Assembly: GCA_021783355.1 (NCBI GenBank)
Contig: JAJXTZ010000003.1
Span: forward strand, 1 to 41,018
DNA: 41,018 nt
From: a bacterium
Lineage (GTDB): Bacteria > Elusimicrobiota > Elusimicrobia > UBA1565 > UBA9628
Direction of reading: 5' to 3'
How positions within the stretch are numbered: position 1 is the first letter of the stretch; every line of letters begins with the position of its first letter. The notes beneath the pieces were generated by a model. That model was not told where the DNA came from, did no database searches, and worked only from the letters and a program-made list of their open reading frames with translations. Of the stretch, positions 34,289-41,018 are shown in pieces. The position numbers and the translations under genes were made by a program.

Positions 34289-35085
34289 GGGAGCTGCTCA
34301 AGCGCTGGGTGCCCCGGACCCTGCGCGAGAGGACCTATCCGCTGCGCGAGCGCCTCGGCCGCGTCCCGGTCCACGCCCGCGCCGACGTCCGCCGCTGGCG
34401 CGCGCGGCGCTCCGGCCTCCCGGTCTCGGACTTGACCCTCTTCGAGAAGCGCTACTCGTCGCAGAACGGCGAGGATGGCATCCTCGAGGCGGTCTTCGCG
34501 CTCGTCGGGACGACGAACCGGTACTTCGTCGAGTTCGGCGTGGAGGACGGCCGGGTCTGCAACACCGCGCGCCTGCGCGCGCGCGGCTGGAGCGGGCTGC
34601 AGATGGACCCGCGCGACCCTCCCGGCCCGGGCGTCGCGCGCGAGTTCGTCACCGCCGAGAACATCGAGAGCCTCCTCGAGAAGCACGGCGTGCCGCCGGT
34701 CTTCGACCTTCTGTCCATCGACATCGACGGCAACGACTACTGGGTCTGGAAGGCCATCCGCGCGCGCCGCGCGCGCGTGGTCGTGATCGAGTACAACGCC
34801 ACGGTCCCGCCGTCCGAGAGCCGCACGATCTCCTACGACCCGGCGTTCCGCTGGGACGGGACCGACTACTTCGGCGCGGGCCTGCGCGCGCTGGAGAAGC
34901 TCGGCCGCGAGAAGGGCTATGCGCTCGTCGGCTGCGACAGCCGCGGCGTCAACGCGTTCTTCGTGGACGCCGCGCTGGCCGCGGGGCGCTTCGCGCCGCC
35001 GCCGCTGGAGGCGATGTGCCGCCCGTTCGGTCCGCCCCACGTCGCGCCGCGGCGCGCGCCGGGCCGCGCCTGGGTGGAGGTCTGA
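34285..35085 (+). CDS. FkbM-like / methyltransferase-fold conserved protein
   Basis: GTG 34285 (GTGA overlap). SQNGEDGIL, FVEFGVEDG, FVTAENI, DLLSIDIDGNDYWVW, VIEYN, GVNAFFV. Confidence 0.72.
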   Translation: MRELLKRWVPRTLRERTYPLRERLGRVPVHARADVRRWRARRSGLPVSDLTLFEKRYSSQNGEDGILEAVFALVGTTNRYFVEFGVEDGRVCNTARLRARGWSGLQMDPRDPPGPGVAREFVTAENIESLLEKHGVPPVFDLLSIDIDGNDYWVWKAIRARRARVVVIEYNATVPPSESRTISYDPAFRWDGTDYFGAGLRALEKLGREKGYALVGCDSRGVNAFFVDAALAAGRFAPPPLEAMCRPFGPPHVAPRRAPGRAWVEV

Positions 35086-36272
35086 TGGCCGCGCCGCTGT
35101 CGATCGCCCTGGAGCTGGGACTCTACGTCGAGTTCAAGCGCGGCATCGACTACTACGTGGACAACGTCGTCGAGGCGCTGGCCGGCGCCGACGCGCGCAA
35201 CCGCTACCTGCTCTTCTCCTATTTCTTCCGCGACCACGCGCGCAAGGCGGCGCGCCTGCCGCACCCGCCCGCCGCGAACTTCGGGACCCTGTACCGGCGC
35301 TTCCCGGAGTCGCTGGTGCGCGCGCTCGACCTGGAGCGCGGCCTGCCGCTCGTCGAGAAGGGCCTGCTCGCCGGGCGGGGCTTCGACGTGTACCACGTGC
35401 TCGCCGGCGGGCGCCTGCCGCACGTGCGCGGCGCCAAGACCGTCGTGACCTTCTTCGACCTGGCCCCCGAGGCCTTCCCGGTCGACGGCTCCGCGCCGGA
35501 CCCCGGGAGGAAGATCTCCTCCCCGAGCACCTGGGACACCGCGCGTCGCGCCGACCGGCTGGTGGCCACCGGCGACTACACGAAGAACGACCTGATCCGC
35601 TACTACGGCCTGCCGGAGGAGAAGATCGCGGTGATCCCGACCGGGGTCAACCTGAAGGTCTTCCGCGAGCCGTCGGCGGAGGAGCGCGCGCGGGCGCGGG
35701 CGCGCTACGCCCTGCCCGAGAGCTACTTCATGGTGATCGGCCCGTTCGTGCCGCCGCGCCGGACCAACGCGGAGAGCACCGTGCGCGCCTTCGCCGCCCT
35801 GAACCGCGCGGGACGCCTCGCCGGGCGCCGCCTGGTGTTCGTCGGCGCGCGCAACGCGCACCTGGAGGGCCTGCTCGCGCTCGCCGCGGAGCTGGGCGTC
35901 GGGGAGCTCTGCGCGGCGACCGGCTACGCGGCGCTGGAGGACCTGCCCGCGCTCTACGCCCTGTCGGACGGCGTCGTGCATCCGACCAGCGTCGAGGGCT
36001 TCGGGTACGGGCTCGAGGTGCTGGCGTGCGGCGCGCCGTTTCTGACCTCCGACCTGCCGGGGGTGCTGGAGTCCGTCGGCGACGCCGCGCTCGCGGTGAC
36101 GCCCAACGACGTGCCCGCGCTCGTGGAGGCGATGGGCGCGCTGATCGAGGAGCCCGCGCTGCGCGCCGGGCTGCGCGCGAAGGGTCCGGCGCGGGCGGCG
36201 CGCTACTCGTACGCGCGCATCGCCGAGCGGCTCGTCGCGCTCTACGAGAGCCTGGGCCGGGGGGGACGCTGA
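35085..36272 (+). CDS. Glycosyltransferase family 4 (MtfB/WbaZ-like)
   Basis: ATG 35085 (TGATG overlap). GIDYY, VVTFFDL, TKNDLIRYYG..EKIAVIPTGV, EDLPALY, EGFG..EVLACG, EPALRAGL..G. Confidence 0.85.
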   Translation: MAAPLSIALELGLYVEFKRGIDYYVDNVVEALAGADARNRYLLFSYFFRDHARKAARLPHPPAANFGTLYRRFPESLVRALDLERGLPLVEKGLLAGRGFDVYHVLAGGRLPHVRGAKTVVTFFDLAPEAFPVDGSAPDPGRKISSPSTWDTARRADRLVATGDYTKNDLIRYYGLPEEKIAVIPTGVNLKVFREPSAEERARARARYALPESYFMVIGPFVPPRRTNAESTVRAFAALNRAGRLAGRRLVFVGARNAHLEGLLALAAELGVGELCAATGYAALEDLPALYALSDGVVHPTSVEGFGYGLEVLACGAPFLTSDLPGVLESVGDAALAVTPNDVPALVEAMGALIEEPALRAGLRAKGPARAARYSYARIAERLVALYESLGRGGR

Positions 36273-36273
36273 C

Positions 36274-38196
36274 ATGTGCGGCATCTGCGGCGTGGTGCGC
36301 GGCGGGAGCGGAGCCCCGGACCCCGCGCGCTTGAAGGCGGCCAACGATATGATCCGGCACCGCGGCCCGGACGATGAGGGCTTCTTCGTCGACGGCCCCG
36401 TCGGCCTGGCGATGCGCCGCCTGTCCATCATCGACCTGAGCACCGGCCATCAGCCGCTGTCCTACGCGGACGGGCGCTATTGGATCGTCTTCAACGGCGA
36501 GATCTACAACTACCGCGAGCTGCGCGCCGAGCTGGAGTCGCGCGGGCACCGTTTCAAGACCAAGTCCGACACCGAGGCGATCCTGGCGCTTTACCAGGAG
36601 ATGGGTGGGCGCTGCGTCGAGCGCCTGCGCGGGATGTTCGCCTTCGCGATCTGGGACAAGGGGACGAGGAGGCTCTTCCTCGCGCGCGACCGCATCGGCA
36701 AGAAGCCGCTGGTCTACGCCGAGCGCCCGGACGGGAGCCTGCTGTTCGGCTCGGAGCTGAGGTGCCTGTTCGCGCTGGACCCGGGCCTGCCGCGCGAGAC
36801 CGACCCGGCCGCGATCGACCTGTACCTGTCGCTGCAGTACATCCCCTCCCCGAAGACCGCGTACCGCGGGGTCAAGAAGCTCCCGCCGGGCCACGCGCTG
36901 ACCTGGGAGAGCGGCCGGACGACGGTCGAGCGCTACTGGGACCTGCCGCTGGGCGCCCCGCCGGTCACGCGCGATTACGAGGAGGCCAAGCGCCTGCTGC
37001 GCGAGAAGCTGACCGAGGCGGTCCGCCTGCGCATGATCTCGGACGTGCCGCTGGGCGCGTTCCTGTCGGGCGGGGTGGACTCGTCGATCATCGTCGCGCT
37101 GATGAGCCGCCTGTCGGACAAGCCGGTCAAGACCTTCTCGATCGGTTTCGACGACAAGAAGTTCTCCGAGACGCACTACGCGAAGCTGGTGGCCGACCGC
37201 TACAAGACCGACCACACCGAGTTCGTCGTCAAGCCCGAGATGGCCGACGTCCTGCCCAAGCTCGCCTGGCACTACGGCGAGCCCTACGCCGACGCCTCGG
37301 CCCTGCCCACCTACTACGTGTCGCGCGAGACCCGCCGGTTCGTCACCGTGGCCCTCAACGGCGACGGCGGCGACGAGAACTTCGGCGGCTACCTGCGCTA
37401 CTTCGCGATGAAGGCCGCGCGCGTCGCGGACCTGCTGCCGGGGCCGGCGCTGGCCGCGCTGAAGGCGGGCACCGAGCTGCTCCCCGAGCGCGACGCCCCG
37501 TTCGGGACGATCTGGCGCGCGAAGCGCTTCCTGCGCTCCGCGCTCCTCAACGACCTGCCCGGGCGGCACCTGAAGATGATCGGCTACTTCCACGAGGACG
37601 ACAAGCCTCCGCTGTACGCGCCGGAGTTCGTCGCCGCGCTGGGGGCCGACATGGGCTCGGCCAAGGAGTACATGGCGCGCGCGTTCGACGCCTGCAAGGG
37701 CGAGGACTTCCTCAACCGCCTGCTCTACGTGGACTTCAAGACCTACCTGCCCGAGTGCCTGATGGCCAAGGTGGACATCGCCACGATGGCCTGCTCGCTG
37801 GAGGGGCGCTCGCCGCTGCTCGACCACGAGTTCGTCGAGCTCGCGTTCCGGATGCCCGGCGAGTGGAAGCTCAAGGGCCTGCGCGGCCACAAGCACATCT
37901 TCAAGGACGCCTTCCGCGACCTCCTGCCCGACGAGATCCTCGCGCGCGGCAAGATGGGCTTCGGCATCCCGCTGGGGTCCTGGTTCCGCGGCCCGCTGCG
38001 CGACTACTGGGAGGGCCACTGCCTGTCGCGCGAGGCGCTGGGGCGCGGCTACTTCACGGAGAAAGGCCTGCGCGCGCTCTGGGACGAGCACCAGTCCGGA
38101 CGCCGCGACCAGGGCTACCGGCTCTGGGCGCTCCTGATGCTCGAGCTCTGGCACCGCCACGCGGCGGCCGGCGCGGAGCCGGGCGCCTCCTGCTGA
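36274..38196 (+). CDS. asnB: Asparagine synthase (glutamine-hydrolysing) family amidotransferase, probably glycan-modifying
   Basis: MCGICG, HRGPD, RRLSIIDL, FNGEIYNY, SDTE, LRGMFAFA, ARDRIGKKPL, LSGGVDSS, GDGGDENFGGY, KVDIATM..SLEGRSPLLD, KMGFGIP. Confidence 0.93.
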   Translation: MCGICGVVRGGSGAPDPARLKAANDMIRHRGPDDEGFFVDGPVGLAMRRLSIIDLSTGHQPLSYADGRYWIVFNGEIYNYRELRAELESRGHRFKTKSDTEAILALYQEMGGRCVERLRGMFAFAIWDKGTRRLFLARDRIGKKPLVYAERPDGSLLFGSELRCLFALDPGLPRETDPAAIDLYLSLQYIPSPKTAYRGVKKLPPGHALTWESGRTTVERYWDLPLGAPPVTRDYEEAKRLLREKLTEAVRLRMISDVPLGAFLSGGVDSSIIVALMSRLSDKPVKTFSIGFDDKKFSETHYAKLVADRYKTDHTEFVVKPEMADVLPKLAWHYGEPYADASALPTYYVSRETRRFVTVALNGDGGDENFGGYLRYFAMKAARVADLLPGPALAALKAGTELLPERDAPFGTIWRAKRFLRSALLNDLPGRHLKMIGYFHEDDKPPLYAPEFVAALGADMGSAKEYMARAFDACKGEDFLNRLLYVDFKTYLPECLMAKVDIATMACSLEGRSPLLDHEFVELAFRMPGEWKLKGLRGHKHIFKDAFRDLLPDEILARGKMGFGIPLGSWFRGPLRDYWEGHCLSREALGRGYFTEKGLRALWDEHQSGRRDQGYRLWALLMLELWHRHAAAGAEPGASC

Positions 38197-38197
38197 C

Positions 38198-39010
38198 CTA
38201 GGACGGGCGGGACGCCTCGAGGATCGCGCTCCCCGGGGCCTCGGAGACCAGGCGGCAGGAGAACCCCAGCGCCTCCAGCCGGCGGCGGACCTCGGCCGGG
38301 TCCACGCGCGGCGGGTGGACCTCCAGCACGACGCGGCGCGTCCGGGCCAGGGTCTCGGGGGCGCCGTCCATCACGCTCAGCTCGGCTCCCTCCACGTCGA
38401 TCTTCAGATGGTCCACGGGGCCGACTCCCTCCTCCTCGAGGACGTCGTCGAGGCGGCGCACGCGCACGGGGACGGCGGCGCGCCCGGCGGACGCGTGCAG
38501 GGTGTCGGCGGCGGGGTTGTCCGCGGCGTCGTCGGCGACGAAGAGCTCGGCGCGGCCCTCGGCGCCGGCCAGCGCGCAGTCGCGGCGGCTCACCCAGGGG
38601 ACGGCGTTGGCCGCCAGGTTGCGGTCCAGAAGCTCGCGCGTGCGCGGCGAGGGCTCGAAGCAGACCACGCGGCCCGTCGGCCCCACGCGGCGCGCGGCCA
38701 TCAGCGTGAAGGCCCCGATGTGGGCGCCGGCGTCCACGACCGTCTGGCCGGGGAGGATCTCGGCGCCGGAATAGGCGCCGCGCTCGTAGACCTCGTCGAC
38801 GATGCACTGGTCGTGCGGGCGGACCAGCAGGACCGTCCCGTCGGGCATGCGCCGGCGCGTCAGCCAGGTCCGGCTCTTGAGCCCGCGCAGGCCGGTGAGC
38901 CCGACGAGCCGGTCGAAGCGCTCCCGGCCCAGGACCGCGCGGCCCGCGGCCCGCAGCGCGGTCCAGACGCCCTGCGCCGCGGCGAAGAGCGCGACTTTCA
39001 GGCTCTCCAT
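38198..39010 (-). CDS. FkbM-family methyltransferase
   Basis: VVDAGAHIGAFT, VVCFEP, VRRLDD, HLKIDVEGAELSVMDG, VLEVH. Confidence 0.9.
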   Translation of the reverse strand: MESLKVALFAAAQGVWTALRAAGRAVLGRERFDRLVGLTGLRGLKSRTWLTRRRMPDGTVLLVRPHDQCIVDEVYERGAYSGAEILPGQTVVDAGAHIGAFTLMAARRVGPTGRVVCFEPSPRTRELLDRNLAANAVPWVSRRDCALAGAEGRAELFVADDAADNPAADTLHASAGRAAVPVRVRRLDDVLEEEGVGPVDHLKIDVEGAELSVMDGAPETLARTRRVVLEVHPPRVDPAEVRRRLEALGFSCRLVSEAPGSAILEASRPS

Positions 39011-39014
39011 GCGC

Positions 39015-39764
39015 CTAGGCGCGGGTCCCGGTCCGCCGGGCCCGGAAGATCAGGTTCGGGGTCAGCAGGGCGCCCTCGTGCGCGTAGGACTCGGCGAAGA
39101 GGTAGAGGCGCAGCGCGGCGCGCAGGGGCTTCCACAGCAGCCAGCGCAGGAGGCTGCGCGCGCCGGTGACGACGGGCTCCTCGGCGCGGACCTCGATCGC
39201 GTCGAAGCCGGCGGCGCGCAAGGCCTGGCGCAGGCTGTTCGCCGTGAACGCGAGCTCGTGCGTGAGGTCGCCGTAGCGGACGCGCCCCCAGGCCACGCCG
39301 TCCGCGTTGGGCACGCGGCCGACGAACGCGGAGTCCGGCCCGGGGACCAGCGCCGCGGCGACCAGGTCCAGCAGGGGAAAGAGCTCGTCCTTGCGGAAAT
39401 GCTCGAGGAAGTCGACGGCGACGACGCAGGCGCAGGACCCGGGGCGCGCGCGCAGCGCCTCGACGGCGTCGCCGCGGACCGCCTCGACGGTCCCGCGCGC
39501 CCGCGCGGCGGCCAGCGAGCCCTCGTCCCGCTCGACGCCCTCGATCGCGCGATGCCCGCGCGCGCGCAGGAAGCGCAGGAAGGCGCCCGCGCCGCAGCCG
39601 AGCTCCAGGATCCTCGCGCCGCGGTCCTCCGGAAGGAATCGCCCGAAGTGGCTCTCGAGGACGCGCGGGTCGGGGTCCGCCGCGGTCGCGTCCGGAGCGG
39701 CCGCCCCGTGGGTGCGGGAGTAGTCGCGGTAGAGCCGTTCGCGGTAGTCTTCGTGGAGGGGCAT
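39015..39764 (-). CDS. Class I SAM-dependent methyltransferase
   Basis: ILELGCGAGAFL, DFLEHF, RVPNA, YGDLTHELAFT..SLRQ. Confidence 0.88.
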   Translation of the reverse strand: MPLHEDYRERLYRDYSRTHGAAAPDATAADPDPRVLESHFGRFLPEDRGARILELGCGAGAFLRFLRARGHRAIEGVERDEGSLAAARARGTVEAVRGDAVEALRARPGSCACVVAVDFLEHFRKDELFPLLDLVAAALVPGPDSAFVGRVPNADGVAWGRVRYGDLTHELAFTANSLRQALRAAGFDAIEVRAEEPVVTGARSLLRWLLWKPLRAALRLYLFAESYAHEGALLTPNLIFRARRTGTRA

Positions 39765-39779
39765 GAGGCCGGGCCGCCG

Positions 39780-40391
39780 TCAGCCGATCTTGAGCGCCGA
39801 GAGGATGAACTGCACGCCGATCGCGGCCAGCAGGAGGCCCATCAGGCGCGTGACGATGTTCAGGAAGATCGGGGAGAGCTTCTTGGCGCTCTCGGCGGCC
39901 AGGGTCAGCGTCCAGTAGCTGGCGAGGGCGACCAGCGCGATCAGCGCGAAGAACACCGCCTTGTGGGCGAGCGTCGTCGCGCGTCCGGCCAGCACGATGG
40001 AGGTGGTGATCGCGCCGGGGCCCGCCAGCAGGGGGACGGCGAGCGGCGTGATCGCGATGTCCTCCTTGCTCATGCCCTCGGCGACTTCCTCGGGCGTCTC
40101 CTTCAGCGGCGACTTCTGCGCGCGCAGCATGTCCAGCGCCGAGAGCAGCAGGACCAGCCCGCCCGCGATCTGGAACGCGCTGAGCGTGATGCCGAACAGA
40201 TGAAAGATCGACGGGCCCAGCAGGGCGAAGGCCGCCAGCACGCCCGCCGTCGTGATGCACGCGGTGCGGGCCATGCGGCGCCGCGCGCCGGGGGGGTCGT
40301 TGGAGGTCATCGCCAGGAAGGTGGGGATGGCCGCGAACGGGTCCACGATCGCGAACAGCGAGCCGAAGGTCAGGAACGCGTACTCGAGCAT
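39780..40391 (-). CDS. MarC-family membrane protein
   Basis: LFAIVDPFAAIPTFL, FGITLSAFQIAGGLVL, ITPLAVPLLAGPGAIT, RLMGLLLAAIGVQF. Start placed at MLEYAF (40391) because the ATG at 40400 overlaps the TAGAAT -10 box. Confidence 0.93.
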   Translation of the reverse strand: MLEYAFLTFGSLFAIVDPFAAIPTFLAMTSNDPPGARRRMARTACITTAGVLAAFALLGPSIFHLFGITLSAFQIAGGLVLLLSALDMLRAQKSPLKETPEEVAEGMSKEDIAITPLAVPLLAGPGAITTSIVLAGRATTLAHKAVFFALIALVALASYWTLTLAAESAKKLSPIFLNIVTRLMGLLLAAIGVQFILSALKIG

Positions 40392-40398
40392 CGCGCGC

Positions 40399-40447
40399 AT
40401 TCTAGCTTTTTTGCCGGGCGCGGCCCCGCGCCGCGCTTTGATACGAT
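40399..40447. promoter_or_regulatory. Divergent -10 elements (marC / GT9)
   Basis: Minus strand: TAGAAT (40404-40399), 7 nt before ATG 40391. Plus strand: TGa-TACGAT (40442-40447), 6 nt before GTG 40454. Confidence 0.65.
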
Positions 40448-40453
40448 AGGGCC

Positions 40454-41018
40454 GTGAGGCCGCTCGAGCACGCGCAGAACCTGCCGACCGCCGTCCTCGC
40501 CGCCCTGCGGCCGCGCCCGGCCCCGCGCCCGGTCCGGCGGGTCCTGGTGCTCGGCTACGGCGGCATCGGGGACACGGTGTTCTTCCTCCCGGCGCTCGAG
40601 CTCCTGCGCCGCGCCCACCCGGAGGCCCGCCTCGTCTGGCTCTCGAACCCCATCCCCGTCGGGACCGAACTGATCCCGGCCGCGGGGCTGGCCGACGAGG
40701 TCTGGCTCTGGGAGCCGGACGGGGCCGTCGCGGCCGGGCGCGCGGCGATCAACGCCCGGATTGCCGCGGCGGATTTCGATCTCGCGGTGCTTTCTCCGGG
40801 CGCTCCGGCCCACGACTTCCTTCCAGGCCTGTCGCGCGTGCCCGTCGTCGTCGGGCACCGGCGGCCGTGGCGGGGGCTCAAGCGCTGGCTCGTGGTCGGC
40901 GACTACGCGCGCCGGCTCGCGGTCACCCTCCCGGTCCCGGCGGTGCCCGGGGAGCACGCGCTCGCGCGCGCCCTGCGCCTGAGCGCCGCGCTGGGCCTGG
41001 CCGCCCCGGAGCCCGCGC
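40454..41018 (+). CDS. Glycosyltransferase family 9 (heptosyltransferase-like), runs off the window
   Basis: Translated by hand; not in the ORF track. MRPLEHAQNLP...RRVLVLGYGGIGDTVFFLPALELLRRAHPEARLVWL matches the GT9 IGD..L.P.L..L....P.A N-terminal motif. Confidence 0.85.
   Translation, partial: MRPLEHAQNLPTAVLAALRPRPAPRPVRRVLVLGYGGIGDTVFFLPALELLRRAHPEARLVWLSNPIPVGTELIPAAGLADEVWLWEPDGAVAAGRAAINARIAAADFDLAVLSPGAPAHDFLPGLSRVPVVVGHRRPWRGLKRWLVVGDYARRLAVTLPVPAVPGEHALARALRLSAALGLAAPEPA

Noticed and set aside
39780-40391. MarC as an antibiotic-resistance gene
   Set aside because: The family name is historical; MarC is not established as conferring resistance and its function is unclear.
174-40982. 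Many long alternative-frame and antisense ORFs (e.g. 7140-9515 +, 9256-11082 +, 22997-25579 -, 35728-38160 -)
   Set aside because: They are Arg/Gly/Pro/Ala-rich or mirror-frame shadows of genuine genes, expected in high-GC DNA with few stop codons, and have no recognisable motifs.

Overview
GC-rich diderm bacterial DNA, almost fully coding, with pervasive ATGA/GTGA/TGATG stop-start overlaps. The lineage is possibly Elusimicrobiota, an inference from gene order and protein style only. It contains four envelope modules. (1) 1-9569, minus strand: outer-membrane/lipid A operon bamA-skp(ompH)-lpxD-lpxC-fabZ-lpxA-lpxI-GnnA-like dehydrogenase-lpxB (partial). (2) 9679-16768, minus strand: a self-contained seven-gene inositol operon with its own promoter and terminator (HAD phosphatase, nucleotidyltransferase, ATP-grasp-like protein, class III aminotransferase, Gfo/Idh/MocA dehydrogenase, CDP-alcohol phosphotransferase, inositol-3-phosphate synthase). 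It looks like a pathway to an amino-inositol (inosamine) phosphodiester or lipid and is the best candidate for an undescribed system. (3) 17016-31969, plus strand: pilMNOPQ running directly into an O-antigen-ligase/O-OTase-like gene, two YfhO-like GT-C proteins, a flippase-like protein, a methyltransferase, a GT4 and a Wzx flippase. (4) 31944-41018: sugar-tailoring genes (Gmd, NDP-sugar C-methyltransferase, further methyltransferases, GT4, AsnB-type amidotransferase), MarC and a partial GT9. Non-coding signals include several -10 boxes 6-10 nt before start codons (probable leaderless mRNAs), a duplicated sigma70 promoter/operator motif and a terminator-like hairpin before pilM, and a probable CTG start codon. 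No rRNA, tRNA, CRISPR array or mobile element was recognised.
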